Assembly (NCBI RefSeq): GCF_963676685.1
Contig: NC_092356.1
Span: forward strand, 72,602,001-72,666,000
DNA length: 64,000 bases
Reading direction: 5' to 3'
Source: Mytilus edulis
Taxonomy: Eukaryota
Each line of letters begins with the position of its first letter. Position 1 is the first letter of the stretch. Made by a program: the position numbers and the translations under genes. A model generated the notes under the pieces. It saw only the letters and a list, made by a program, of their open reading frames with translations, was not told the origin of the DNA and searched no databases. Positions 1 to 15,500 of this stretch are shown here, piece after piece.

Positions 1-474
1 CATTCGTACTTATAATTAAACGATACAATTATTTGTTTATCTATCTAACCTACTCTCATTTGTTAGAGTCCTTTTAATCTCTGATATAGCTATTCTATAC
101 AACTCCCGATGCAATGTGATTTCAATCCCTTATATATTCACATAAATGATGAACAAAAGGTTAGCAATTGAGAACATTTCGTTCACTTACGAGGTTAAAT
201 AAATGAAGACAGTTAATGTTTTTGCTGTATTGATATTTCACTGCAGTATAAATCAGAATCTTCATGAAAATGTGATTGCAGAATAACACATTTGTCATCA
301 ATGATTTCAACACCAATATATCATTTCTGTAAATGTTCGTAGCACATCTTCTTATATCTATCATATTGGTCGAAACCAACTGTATTATTAAATTACATTA
401 AATTAAAAAATAATGCGAGTACAATGATAAGTATAATAATAATAAAAATATTGTAATTTAAACAGTAGAATATA

Positions 475-770
475 ACATTTCTATGTATCTGCCTGTGCTA
501 AGTCAGGAGCCTGTTATTCAGTGTTTGTCGTTTGTTGATGTGTTACATATTTGTTTTTCGTTCATTTTTTGCTACATAAATTTGGCCGTTAACTTTCTCC
601 TTTGTGTCGTTTTACATTCGTTCTTTCGCGGACTTTAATAGCGGACTATGCGGTATGGGCTATGCTCATTGTTGAAGGCCATACGGCTTCCTATAAATGT
701 TAAGTTTTGTGTTATTGGTCTCGTGTGGAGAGTTGTCTTATTGGCAATCATACTGTATCTTCTTTTTTTT
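475..770 (+). mobile_element. Family A copy, 5'-truncated
   Basis: Starts near the P3 region (tatgtatctgcctgtgctaagtcaggagcc) and ends ttggcaatcatactgtatcttcttttt. Confidence 0.75.
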
Positions 771-1154
771 TGCGGTGTTTTTGAGGAAATTCTAATATAA
801 CAACCATTACTATCACAGTATATCTACATCAAGCGAATTATAACACAAAATTAACTGTTTCGGGTTACACCAACCTTATCCATACCACCCAATCAACGAC
901 AGTAAAACCTACTTTTAACGTATTTCTGACATCAAATGTATACACAATATACTATACCAATACATTCAATAGAATTACAAAACATGCATTTATTTCTTGT
1001 AATACTTTATATGCGAACAAATTATTCAAAGCACCGGTAACCTAGAAAGATAAATTGAGACCGAAGATGTTTTTATAACAAACATATGACACACAAAAGT
1101 TAAAATTGTCCTTTAAACTTTATCTTTTGATAAATAACTTTCTCGTTCGTCTGA

Positions 1155-1291
1155 TAAATAGTTATCAAAGGTACCAGGATTATAATTTAGTACGCAAGAC
1201 GCGCGTTTCGTCTACATAAGACTCATCAGTGACGCTCGTATCAAAATTTTTATAATGCCAAACAAGTACAAAGTTAAAGAGCATTGAGGAT
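1155..1291 (-). mobile_element. Hammerhead-bearing retrozyme / Penelope-associated non-autonomous repeat, 3' part
   Basis: Near-identical to 39770-39900 and 48731-48860; contains the hammerhead. Confidence 0.75.
1191..1237 (-). ncRNA. Minimal type I hammerhead ribozyme, intact core
   Basis: The reverse complement reads GAGCGUCA-CUGAUGA-GUCUUAUGUAGAC-GAAA-CGCGCG-UC^UUGCGUA, with one mismatch in stem I. Confidence 0.8.
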
Positions 1292-2552
1292 AAATGTTAC
1301 GCTTTTCTTGAAATTGTTAACGCTAAGCAATTAGCAACATAGATATACACCCCTGGTATCTTTATAGGTAGAATAAACATTTGTATTAATCACTTTTGTG
1401 TCTATTATATTCTGTTTTATTGTATCGAACTTTTAGTTAATTAATGAAGCACACAGCTGACTCGTTGGTGAAACTAATTCTCCTATTCATCAAATTTAAC
1501 AGTATTTTGTTCACAATGATACTTTTTGTTTGAACAAAGTAATGGCGGAAAATTGTAAGCAGACATTTTCCATTCGTTCCATCTAATTCGTACGGTATTA
1601 TTGTAGTTGCCCCGATTTCTGTTCTGTCAATCAATTTATGAGTTTTGAACAGCGATAAACTACTATTTCCTTTACTGCTTAATTAACTGCTATCGGTGTA
1701 CGCATCATGTTGGAATGTTTTGATGACAGTTAGTTAATTATATGTTGATTGTAGTTGCTTTTAATCGCAAACAGTAAAATATCAACAGTTTTGAAAGGCA
1801 CTGCTGTTTTTTCTCTCTCTTGCAGCTTATAGCATTTGCAATGTAAAATCCTCAGATACAAATAAATCATCAAATCTATATTTCATCAAATGTATGCCAT
1901 ATTTTGTAAATTCAGAAAAATCAAGGTTAATGTAATGCTTGTTATGTGTTTTTGAAAGTATTCTTTATCTCTGAAGCATTACGTAATCTACCAACAAAGA
2001 TACTTGAGTTTACCAATCTGATTTATAGAAACCTTTTGTTGATGAAAATAATTCAATAAGTCACTTGTCATTCGGTGCAATGAAGCTTATGAATGTTAAC
2101 AGAAACCTTGACAAAATGTTGTTAAGTAAAAAGGATTGGATAGAAAGTTCAAAGATTTAACAGGATTGTTCTATTAAGACAAATTTGAATATTAAGTTTT
2201 ATTTTGAAGCTGTTTTCTGTACTTTTACGACAACGAAATTTTAAAAAGGAATTTTCTAGATATTCATATAGCTACATGTACATTACCTTTTACCTTTATT
2301 TATACAAAATGCTTCAAAATTACATACTGTTTGTATTCATTTGAAATTATTTTACCGTAAGCAGAAGTAAGCGACTCGAAACATCTAGTTCAGGCTTAAC
2401 ACAATGTTTAAAAAGTTAAATAGCTAAAATACCGAAATACGAAGGAAATCTAAAATGTTATTAGCATTTTCTTATGTAGAAATTGAACAACTATCTATTA
2501 TCGTGACTAATAATTATTTATTATAACTAGGTTAAAGTATGAAATGGAGTAT

Positions 2553-2940
2553 ATTTTTATAGTTCGTTCTTATGTTGTACTGTTATACCACTGTCCCAGG
2601 TTAGGGGGAGGGTTGGGATCCCGCTAACATGTTTAATTCCGCCACATTATTTATGTATGTGCCTGTCCTAAGTCAGGAGCCTGTAATTCAGTGGTTGTCG
2701 CTTGTTATGTGTTACATATTTGCTTGTCGTTCATTTTTTTTTACATAAATAAGGCCGTAAGTTTTCTCGTTTGAATTGTTTTACATTGTCTTATCGGGAC
2801 CTTTTATAGCTGAATATGCGATATGGGCTTTGCTCATTGTTGAAGGCCGTACGGTGACATAAACTTGTAAATGTCTGTTATTTTGGTCTTTTGTGGACAG
2901 TTGTCTCATTGGCAATCATACCACATCTTCTTTTTTATAT
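2553..2940 (+). mobile_element. Short interspersed repeat family A (twister-module carrier)
   Basis: Highly similar to 61764-62200 and ends in ttggcaatcataccacatcttcttttt. Confidence 0.85.
2588..2694 (+). ncRNA. Putative P5-type twister ribozyme (repeat family A)
   Basis: CCACUG..CAGGUU-A-GGGG-GAGGG-UUGGGAUCCCGCUAACAUGUU-UAA-UUCC-GCC-(P3 CACAU..AUGUG)-CCUGUCCUAAGUCAGG-A-GCCUG..CAGUGG. P2 has two G-U wobbles. Predicted cleavage 2634/2635. Confidence 0.65.
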
Positions 2941-5900
2941 ATACCTTTTTTTAAATTGAAGATTTTTTGAATGCTTGTTGGGTGCCACCAATTACATTAT
3001 ATACAAATCAACTAATACTGTTCGACTTACTTCGGGAAAATGAATGAGGGCAAAAGTAGTATACCGCTGTTTAAATGTCATAAATCGATTAAGAGAAGAA
3101 AAAAATCAGGTCACAAACTAAATACGATGATATACATCAACTATAAGGGAAAATAACAGAAACACAATGAGCTAACTACATCATTGTCCTTATTTATTTT
3201 ATGCAATTACTTTTATAAATGTGTATAAATTGTTCTAATAAATCAACTTCTATACATTTTATTTTTTTGTACGTTAGTTTATAAACTTTGTTTTCTGCAC
3301 ATAATTGTAGATAACTATTTGTAGCAAATATTTATAATAGAAATACCAATAACTAAAAATGTTCATCTACATTCCCAAAAAACAACCATTGTAGAAAATG
3401 AAATGTTCAATGTTCTTTCTTTTGTATTCGTTTGTAGCTAGAATTTCAATGTCGATTACTATCTGAATTGTTAAGCCTTATAATAGTTATTGGTAATCTT
3501 ACCATTCCTCTGCAAAAATGTAGCTTATAAGACATGAAAATTTATCAATCTGTTATTGAAGTACATTATAACATCATTATAACATCATTTATATGAAATC
3601 CATTTAAACGTAGGTTGACCAAGACAAACTTTCATATCGGCAATCATAATAAACCATATATATAATGCTAAAAGTCACGTAGATAATTAATATCCTAAAT
3701 TGTCGTAAAATATCTAGAACTTTATAGATTTATAAAAAGTAAGATTACAAGGGTCGTCGAACTACATCCTGTTCGAAATCAGCTCCAGTTAAACTCAGCA
3801 TTATCCTTAAAATTCGTAGATTATTGCTTTATTCGTGTTATTTTACAATTTAGTATTAAAACAACTAAAACATCTATGAAATGATTTTGATGTGTTTCCC
3901 TCAGTTTTAGTTTGTAACCCGGATTGGTTTTTTTCTAAATCGATTTTTTATTTTCAATCAGCGGAATATTACTGTTGCCTTTATTATTTTTTTTGAAAAA
4001 GTAAATTTATTGCATTTACGCAATACCAAAGCAAAATATTAACTCATATATATTTAATGACTCTAATTTTACCATACACAAAGTATAGTTGAATGCTTTG
4101 TAAATAACACATGCCCAGTAATAAGTAAATAGACTTATTGTTGATACCTGCTGTTTACAATTACCCAAAATAAAAAACTGACTTTGTCATTAAATCGTTA
4201 TGTTTTGTTTTCATCCCATGTAAACCAAGCTTTGCACACAAAGGAGGAACTTGTAAATGCGTAGATAACAATGTACTAGTAGTATGACAATTTACTAGTG
4301 ATATGGCAATGTACTTGCATGATATGCTTCAACATCGTTTTAAGGCTTTGTTTGTTTTGATCTTGTTATCATCTTAGATTTAATGTTTGATAATTAGTTT
4401 ATAACATAATGAACAAAAGCTGTAAGAATTATAATATAATTTATAACACGTGACTTGACGTTTGTCTGATGGAGATAATTAGACGAACATTCTTCTGACG
4501 ATCAGTTTTATTCCTATTGTAATTAGTTAGTAACATTTCTATCAAAGAAATATGCATTTTATATGAAGAGCGAAGCTTATTCGATACATTATCTAACAAT
4601 CGCAAAAAATGTATTTCTGGTAGTTGGGCTAAATATTACCAAATTTTAGAAAACTTGCAAATGAAGAAAAGAACAATATAAAACAGTAACAAACAATGTG
4701 GCGAAAAAGTAATAAGTGATATGTGCATTGAGAGTATAACATATTTAACGGTTCCATGTCACACTTGTATTCAAACATCAAAGGGCAACAATAGGATCGA
4801 TTGAAAGCTCAACGCAGAACGACAAAATGCGTGTCATTACCATACAACATGTCATCCTGTAGGTCAATTTGTTTTAGAAATGCGCAGACGCGGTGCCTTC
4901 TTTTAAATTTATACAGCAATTATGCATAAAGTACCAGAAAAATATTGCAAGTGAATTTGTCAAATCAGAACAAGTAAAATAGGACCAATACTTGATTTAA
5001 AAAAATTTCAAACTACTTCTCATTATATATAATCGCATTTTAAAAATTCTTTCTAGTTGATGAAAAAAAAAATTAACGAAAAGATGAGACGCCTCAATCA
5101 ATAACATAATCAAATTTTGATATAGTTAAATGCAGGGCTGAAAACTTGTCATTATTCAATTTTCAGGCTGTCTTGTTGCCATCCTTTTAAATAAGCTTTT
5201 GAAATACAAGAATGACAAACAAATATCCGGACATGACTATTTTACCTTTATCTATAAATAAGCAAATATAAAAACATCAAAATAACTAAACTCAAAGGAA
5301 AATTCAAAAAGTTACATCCCTAATCGAATGTCAAAATCAAAATACAAAAACGAATGGGAAAGAACTGTCACATCCCTGGCTTAGTACAGGCGTTTCCGTA
5401 TGCAAAAAATTGTTTTATAGGTAGCAAAACATCGTCCTTGAATTACAGACGCATTGTCACAGAGTAAACAGACGTTGTTCAAAAACTGACCTAGCTACTT
5501 GGCTGATGAAACATTTTGGACTAAATATACGGAAACATCTACACTGACCAAATGACGGTGAATACGATAGTAAATGTCAAAGAGCATATCACGTGTTAAC
5601 GAAACAACTTGGTATCTGACATAAATACCGAAGTCTGTATTTAGATAACCATCTCACAGAACCGATATTTCTTAGAAATACTTGATTTATATATCATGAT
5701 ATGCGTAATTAAATTGGTGCCTTATATAGAAATATTATAGATAGTCCCCGTTAATTCACTTTTGTTCATAAAGGAATGTCTGAACAGAATGTTTTGACAT
5801 TTCAAATTGAATGGATTTCAAACTTTTAAAGATGTAATTTTCTGAATGCAAGAATGACACACGTTTTATTGACATTGTGATAATTGAATTCTACTTATGT

Positions 5901-8900
5901 TTATGAAAACAACGCACCTAACATTAGCATACATTGTACATCCAACTCGGTTTGATATCGTGTTCAGCAACTCATTGAAATTACAGATTTAACCAGATTT
6001 ACATATTTTTCTTTGACATGTCAATAAAACCGTGCATGCTTATCCTTTATTTGTATCTTAACTATTTCTTTATTGACATTATGTCATCAATATTTAAAAA
6101 GTGATGAAAAACAAATTTTAAAAATGTGAAAATAACAGAGTGCTTGACATGTCAACGCAAATGAAAACGAGGTTAATCAGTATGATGTACGAAAAAGGGT
6201 AAATGATATTGATAAAGAATAAAGAAGCACTTATAATGACCCCGCTTGATTTGATAATTTATCCAGTCAAAAAAAGAAAGGGACTAATGTCATATTTACA
6301 ACACATCCCATTACAAATGATACAAGGCGTACTAAACGTTTGAGGTTCTACGCAGGATAAAGCACACATAGTCATAAATAAAGGGATAAGTTCGGTTGTA
6401 CAGATATAATAAACTTCCGCCCTATATATTCAAACTATGTGTCTTAACTAAAAGTCTTATTAAGAGAACAATTGAATTAAGAAGCCCTATCTTGTACTTT
6501 ATTTACCACTGACGACTTAAACCGATCTTTATTGACTACAAACACATTGTTTGATCGGTGTCTTATGAAGTGAAAAAGTATAAATTTTACTAAAAGAAAG
6601 ATTAGATAACTAGTACCATAATCTTGTACACGGAGCACATGACATGGTCTATTTGAGAGAAAAAAAATATAATAGTTGATGTGTTACCCTCTGTTTTATT
6701 TTATAACCTGAATGTGTTTTCGCTCAATCGTTTTATGCGTTTTGAACAGCGATATACTATTGTTTCCTTTATTTATGGTTAAACATAACTTGCAATTTAT
6801 CAATATCAAATCGTTTGTAGCATTGACCAATTCGCACTGTGTAATAATTTGCATGTTAAATTTGTTTACAATTGGTTAATTATTTGGAAGATGCAGGGTT
6901 TGAACTATGATACACGACTCGATCGGCCCCCTTGACATGTACTTACATCAATTAAATATCTTCTTACAATAATTCGGGAAGACAAGCTAGATGTTTATGT
7001 TCTAAGATTTTGTCATCCCTTCATGGCCGTTTCAAAATTTTAATGTGGTTCAAGCGTAATTTTGCTGTTTTGAAACCAGAAAATAAGTTACTTCTTTGGA
7101 AATGGCTTAAATAAAAAGTGTGATGATTATCCGATGCAATTGAAAAGTAATATATTCCGAAGGTCAGTATCCAACTTAAGGCTACAACCTATGAGTATCG
7201 ATATGTACATAAAGAAAACAGGAAAAAACTAACAAACATTAACGATTTCGTAAAAAAGATAACAATCTCAATCTTTGAAACATTCTAATTAATGTCTTTA
7301 ACAATAGTTTTAATCGACAATTCTTTCTCGTATAATTAACGATCACATAATCAGACATAATCATGTCGTTAGTCGTTACAAGAGTACCCGTTAGTCAAGC
7401 GATTCTTAACTTCAAAGAGAAACTATCAACTGCTTTTGTATGATTAAAGTAATCATCTCCTTCATTTAATATCATCCAATATGCTATCATCTAGATTAGA
7501 AAGTTCCTGGAATATTTGCATGCTTGAACTAGCAAATTCTCTCTAGACCTTTAATGTTTGAAATCAGGATTTGCTTTTAAATTTTTCTAGTTGGCATAAA
7601 ATCAAATACACTGAAATTGCATTCCGAAAAAAGCTCTTCTAGAAATAGGACATAAAAAGGAAAAACTCATTTGTAATTCAGATTTTATTATAATTGCTGC
7701 AGTCATTAACGGTTTTGTATACACACTTATATTTCGTTGTTTTTTACAAATGCCAAAGAGTCTATCTGGATACAGTGTAAATGAAGTCTTTAGAACCGGA
7801 TTCTATTCACAAATCGTTATAAAACCAATACTAGAAAAAAGTAAAAACACAAAAATACTGAACTCCGAGGAAAATTCAAAAAGGAAAATCAATCAAAAGG
7901 CAAAATTAAAAGTTATTGAATACAGTTATTTTTCCATTTTATATCATTTAATTTATATATGTACATTATGATATCAGATTATTTGATTATTCAAATAAAA
8001 AAAAAGACGTTTTGCAAATGAAACAACAAAGGAATAATATGTCAAATAGTGGTTTCTTTTCACAACCTCACGATGTATACCAATATAAGAAGTTTATTAT
8101 AAAGTGCTTAACACAAAAACAGTTACTGTATTATTTCCTAATACAAAGTTCATCGATTACAGACAGACAAACAAGAAGTGACGATAACTTGGTCAAAATT
8201 TGTAAGCCAATTGTTTTACATAGTAATGCTGAATCAAATTCAAAAAGCCTTTAATTTTAGTTACGTTTTATTTAAATCACGTGATCTATACTTACCACCA
8301 CTGTAGACAGAAACCATTGTCAAATTCACTTTTCCTTAAAGTTCGGAAAGACATTGCTTAATTAGTTTAGAAATTGTTTTCACTTCTGCTTCCTTTTTTT
8401 ACAATCTGATGTTAGCGATTTCAAATCTTTCTACAGTACGATGATAAAACATACACAGAATCCTTATTGTAAGACGAGTCCTATCAAAAATGTCAACACA
8501 ATACGATAACATTGATACACATCTTCAAGGATGCTAAGAATCACGTCAAAGTTCGAAGAACAACCGTAAATTGTCACTTTTAATACTCGAAGAGCAAATC
8601 GCTTAAAAGGTTTACCTTAGCAACAGTGATGCAATGCAGACAACTTTTGAGTTAAATAATCTTTTACATGTTTTATATTATATTGTTTCTCGTCTCTTGT
8701 TTCTAATTAGCAATATCCTTATTCCTGCTCTATGTCAAATGTTTCAAATTAAATAAATTTATTATCCAGGAGCTAGAATTATAAACGGAAAAACAACCCC
8801 GTTGTCTTTCCAGGAAACATTTCCGGAATGTTATTCTACTTTTTGTCTTTTTCTTTATTCCATAACAATATAATAATACATGTCAGATCTAGAAAACCAT

Positions 8901-11900
8901 TACAGATTAGTTTCACGAGATGTGCAGGTGAATCCAGGTTCAATACTTGATCCAAAATCAGTTGCACATATTCTTTAGATCATATTTATTGCTGATTGCC
9001 CGAAATATGTTAATTAAGTTTATGTTGAAGTTCTTGGTCAATGGTAATTTGTAAGCATGAATTATACATATAACAAATGTCAGAATCACATGTGGTCAAT
9101 ATGCCGACGTTTGCAATTCTAGCATTAGCAAACAGTTTAAGTACCCGACAATAATCAGCATTTCCACTTTAAGTTGATTAAAATTTTTGCTTGCATATGC
9201 AAAAAAAAAAAACAAATAATATAGACGACGGAATTTTCTTAATCTTGTAATGGCAAAGCGATTGTCAAGTTGATTCTGAATTTGTAGAATATTTGAGAAA
9301 GTGATCTAACAGATTATTTCATAGAACTCGTTTTTTACATAATTTCATATATTAAATTAAGCTGCGTAGTTTTACATCTTCCCCTTAACGTAATTAAAAA
9401 CGGATGTAGCACCGAGCAGATTTACTAAGATCAGAATATTACATTATAACAAAAGTACAGTATCTTCAAGTGATAAATGATCGTCACGATCCAGAACTTT
9501 TATCAGGTTTCGATATTTGAAATTAATACATAATTTAAATGAAACACATTTTTATATGTCAGAAGTTGAGTATATTTATGATCATCACAAATTTAGAATT
9601 TTTATCAGGCCTCGATGTTTAAAACTTAATACTTGAAATTAATTTTCGTCCTATAGTCAAGTATAAACTGATCATGTTTGAACTGTTGAAGATGCATGAG
9701 TGTAGAAAATATGACATATACTATTGCTAGATGGTAAAGTTGAAACGTTAATAATTTGGAGTCAAGAAAACGCATGACAATAGTAGAGAGTTTTAAATAT
9801 TACTTCAACCCAATCGAAATAAAAAGATATGAAAACATTCATTTATTACTATACTATCATAAAGTATTCTTAGTTCATATGTTTTCGTGATAAATGGCAC
9901 TTACTGAAGCTTTTAGTGTCTTTTAATGATATTGACATTTCCAAGATAATGCAGTAATGACTGGTATAACAGCTGTCCACTGGACTTTTATTAACATGAT
10001 AATGCTAGCTGTACTTAGAGTCAATATCATACGAACGTGTACTTATAAGAACAATGGTCTGCGTAATTTACAATTATGTTTTTCATATCTTGAAATTATA
10101 TAGTATGTTCGAAAAGGTTATTAATCACATGAATATAAAAACTGAGAAATATTTATCCCATAATATTTATAAAAATGATACCAATATTCATTTACTAGTT
10201 AAACATAATTTTTGAATTCATCCCATGTTTTAAGTATTAGGTAAACTTTAACAGTGGCATGGCTTAGAAAGAGAAAGACAAACAGAAAAACAATAGTACT
10301 CAAATCTTAAGATAAAAACTGCAAATGGAATGCGCATTCGGCAGGTTTTATGTTTTTCAGAACCGGTTGAGATTTTAATTCAAAGTTATTTTTTTAAACA
10401 TATCAATACACTGGAAACTTCGTAAGGAGAGATCGTATATTTTAATTGGATTTCAGATAATTTAATTCCGTACGTTTTATGATTTTGAGTTTAAAATAAA
10501 AGAAGTTTGGCTGTGAACTTATATATATTAATTGTTTTTTAGTACCAACACACATCTTTTCGTGGGTTCAAGTTTGATATATTTTGCTAGTAAATAAGCG
10601 GAACAACATCTTACGACAATCTTATTTGATTTAACAATTTCTTAACATTAAACCTATGTTTTTTTCTCGAAACAGAAGATTTATTGTAACAGGTTGATAA
10701 AAGGTGAGCCAAATACTAAACTTTGTATTTCTTCTTTTGTTTTTGATTCTACAGTTTATAATGAAGTCAGCAAAACTTATCGGATGATAAAGATAGAAAA
10801 TTTTAAAATATGTTTAATTTTTTTTTTAAAGCATACAATGTATGAAGAAACGTGAAACATTTCGACATGCGAGTTTGTAAGTTTCTTGGTGTATTTGTCT
10901 TTTTGTTTCACTAGGCATAATTCGATTGCAAGATGATAATCAAACTTAATTAAAAGCCACCAGTGAATACATATATTATATCTTGATGTTTTCGGTTTAT
11001 TATTTGTTATATTTGAGGTAATTTCTCAACTAAAGCGCATACTTTATGCTAGATAAAACGTAAAACAAAAGTACAGCTCTACATAGAAGTAATATATAGT
11101 AATTGAAAATATGAAGTAGAGATACAATTCATATCAGTAATTCCCTTTACTCAAAGGGCTCAGACGCATTACACCGAAACACTTAATTTCATGAAAAGTA
11201 CTTATATTTGGTACACTCGCGTCTTTAACGTTTAACAGCTAAATGCACGTAGTTGATATTATGTAACAGGAAAGATATTCCCTGGATAGAGAGGATGAAA
11301 ATAGGTCTGGTGAAACGTTATGTGACTGTTATAATCAATGCAAACGTGATCTTTTCTTCGAATAAGTATTAGCGGTAATAACACTATATGTTTGAGTATT
11401 TTTGTTAATACTCTTATTTCCCGAATTAAATCCCTATGAGGTGTTGAATTGCAACACAAGCGTCACATCTCAGAATAATTTTTGAAATGAAAGTGAAATG
11501 AACATAGGTTATGTAATCAATTGAGATATATTTCTGACAGTTGCATTTCACTCACATTGACAGCTTGATTGCTATGTCTTGTAGCACTCCAGCATAGTCA
11601 GAAATAGATTTTTCTAATTTCGACAATTCTAATAGGATTTCCTGATGAGAGTTTACGGTTTGTTAATCTTTGTTACATTTACAGCACTAACTATGTCAAC
11701 CTACAGCGCATTCAAACGTTAAAATGAACATTTAAGGCAAAACGTGAAATGTTAGAGTTTCAATTATTCAATACTAGTCTGCAATTTCATTTCTATTGTG
11801 AGTTTCGTAACATTTTTATAGTTGATAGCATACAGCAAGAAATAATCATGAAGTGGTATGAAAATCTTTTCTCAAATACAAAAAACCATATCCTCTCTTT

Positions 11901-12261
11901 GAAAAACAAATATACAAAATGTTATTGATTCAAAAGAGAACAATTGTATTGCTTATGATTTTAAATAGTAACAGAACACATTAGCATGGGTGGAGACATA
12001 GTTACACCAATTTGACGTATATTTGTAAATATTTGAGTAAACGCTCGAGGTAAACACATACACATGTTATCGTATATAATAAATCAACTTTCAAAGATAA
12101 CAGCCTGAAAATCGGTACGCAAGCTACTCGGTAAGTCCACACTAACATTATTAAATTGCATGGAGCAGAAAATAAATGTTAGGTCAAGTTAAACACGAAG
12201 TTGAAAGGCATTGAAAATAAAGGAGAGTATTTCATTTGAAGCATATATTCAAGATATTTGT

Positions 12262-12595
12262 TTGTACGTCAAATGAAGGTTTCGTCTACAAAAATTCACT
12301 AGTGAATCTCCATTAAAAAAAATCCGTCAAAATGTCAAATCAAATACGCAGTTAAAGAGCATTGAGGATACAAAATTCTGAAAGGTTTCACCAAATACTT
12401 TTTACTAGGGTTGTAAACCTTGATAATTTCTAACATTGCAACCTACTGTTATTTTATAAATAGTATTATATAGGTTTCAGGAATTGCTGATTACTGGGCT
12501 ACTGATACTTTCGTCAGAACATGTATCGACCTAGTAATTTACACAATTTTGTACGCAAGGTGTGCGATTTGTCAACAAAAGATTCATCAGTGACA
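12262..12595 (-). mobile_element. Decayed retrozyme unit with two hammerhead remnants ~290 bp apart
   Basis: tttcgtctac..ttcactagtga at 12265-12310 and tttgtcaac..ttcatcagtgac at 12552-12594 flank the family body (gttaaagagcattgaggat; tactgggct..atcgacc). Confidence 0.55.
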
Positions 12596-15500
12596 GTAAT
12601 ATCATTGAGAATGAAAGTATATAGTCAGATAACTTCCATGTAAAATGACTGGTTTGTTACCTCACATTTCTGTCTATACATCACTTGTACTTAATGATAA
12701 TGGTTTGTACTGTTATTATTAAAAGGCATAATGAAAAGGATTGAAATTCATGGACACTACAACTCTGTTAAATCAAAGACAAACAGCAGAAATGCATTAC
12801 ATGGATGACAAGCTTACGTAATAAAGTACCATACATTGTGAAAATGTATTCAAATTTTATCGATATTATTATCTAAGTAATCAATGTTTTTTTCAAAAAA
12901 TGACTTTTCGACTCAACATTTGAATAAGAAAAATGACTCCTTGTCATGAATACCAGTTTTCTTGTTTTTAATCGAATGGACGTGACATACAAACAATAGT
13001 ATTTAAATAAAAAAATAGTTGTAGTATGAACCCCGATCTGCACCCTATGCTTAATAAATATTATAAACTTTAAGATAAACTCAAGACCAAACGCATGTAT
13101 GTAATACACTATTGACCTAGTTTGTTATTGTTCAATATTTCGTCATAGTATTTGTATCTGAATAACCTAAATGTTCCAGTTCCCTTTATAGAAAATTCTC
13201 TGCTGAATAAACGTTACAACACCTTATCAACAAACTTGCCCTCTAATAACATTACCAAGCACAATTATTATTTCATTTTGAACATTAATTGAATCATTGG
13301 TCGGTTGTCAAACTTTCGAAAAAGTTCAAGTGGCAATCTTCTACAAGAAAGTGATTCGTTGACTAGTATCATACGGTGCAAACAAAGTCATCACAGAAAC
13401 CAGGATTATTTTTTTTTATCTGAACCAGACGCACTTATCAGTGACGCTAGAATCAGGACACATTTCATACTTTCAGTTTTCATCGTCTGTTATCACAATT
13501 CTTGTTTTAACAGTAATATTTATTCCATTTTATCAATTATTAAACACTTCTTAAAATAGTATTTGTCAAATTTCTAGAACAGGTACAAAACTGTATGCAG
13601 TATATACAGGTTTGCATATAGAGTGTATGTTCATGGTTCCCTTAAAACTTTATATAACTATTAGAATTGAGAATGGAAATAGAGAAAGTGTCAAAGAGAC
13701 AAAACCCGACCAAAGGGCAGACAACAGACCAATGGGTCAACAATACAGCGATGAAATCCCGCACCACAAAAAGGGGCATCAGCTGGATTCTAAGAAAAAT
13801 GTACTAGTTGAGTTAAAATAACGTCACACTAAACTCAAAAAAATATAAATAAACTACAATTAGGTTCATTATTTGTCTGTTTGTCTTTTTTTCATTTTTA
13901 ACCATGACGTTGTCAATTCATTTTCGATTTACGAGTTTGACTGTTCCTCTTGTAGCTTTTGTCGCTCTTTTATCATTATAACATTGATTACTACACTATG
14001 ATTGTACGAACATTTAGTACATATTAAAAAAAAGTAAATACGTGACTTCTACGCTGTAATTGATGATTTGTTTTCTTTCACACTTTGTAGATGATAACGT
14101 TTAATCGTTTCTAATTTTTCTAAAATGATTAACTTCAAATTTGATACTCAGTTACAATAATGTTTGACATTATCTATATGTAAAATAACAATTTATTGGT
14201 AATGAAAGTTATCGCAATATGGTCGTCGTGGGATGTCTTTGTTTTATTCTGAACCAATTATTTAAACAAGAATATAAAAAAGAAGTTGTGATATGATTGT
14301 CAATGAGACTACTCTCAACAAGAGACAAAAATAACCCAGACGATTTCAAAAGAAATAAACAGAGCTACACAAAAAACAAAATCATAGAACGACAGGTAAA
14401 AGATAGTAAAAACAACTTATAGTTTCAAATAGCCAGCATTCGGCAAATTTGGATGAATATGGTTACAAATAGATATAACAGCATTTCTAATCCCTTCATT
14501 TAAAAAGAAAGATTAAAAGCAGGGCAACAATCGAACACTGGATCGATAAGCAAATTTTACATTTGATATTATAAGTAGTATCCGTTGTAGTGGATCTATT
14601 TCGTCTAGCATTTAATAATTTCGACATGTAACTAATTACTTGTAAAATAGTATAGCTACATCAGACTATAAAATGCCCTATTCTGACTAAAATTTCATTT
14701 GTCGGATTAACATAAAAGTGCGGCAAGAAATAGAATGGAAAAAAAAATTCCTGCTTTTTTTTATGCAATAGCTAAAAAGAAAAAGGTCGTCATAAAAGTA
14801 TTTAATCAATTTTCTTTTCAAAAGTAGATTTGATTCTACTTCATATTACAATAAACAGTAAAATGTTAACATGAATTATGTTCCAATATAATTTAACTAA
14901 GTTTTCAATTCAATTTTCAAATCGACATTTTCAGTACTTTTGATTTATTTCATGTTGATTTATTATTCAACTTAATGCACCTTATCCGTTTTCAGTAGAA
15001 TAAATCATCCGTCTTTTGTTGAAGATTCTATAAATGACACGAACATACAAACTCACTGTGCATAAACCGTCTTTAATTTATTGCATGTCTGTTATTGGGT
15101 TACAAAAATAGTGAAAAATACATCGTTACGAATGCATATAAAGAATTACATATTTTAATAGATTTTTATGATTTATTTCATGCTTTCTTTTAATCTTTTT
15201 TCTTAAGCAATATATTAAGTTTTGTCCATGAGTTATGGCAGTATTTGAGTGGCATTCGAACAATAGAATCTTAAAAATACGGGAACATAAAGATCTTCAT
15301 TTAAAATTTCGTAATTAGAACACAGATTTCTTTTCACTATAAATAAAAATATAGAGATTGAAAGTTTGAAATAATATATCGAATGAACAGAATGATAAAT
15401 TCTGATATCGTATTCACATGTACGATTTGTATTTATCAAATGTGTATGTGTTAACTCCATGTAAGAAATCAATATAATGTCTTCTCATCTATTTTGTTTA

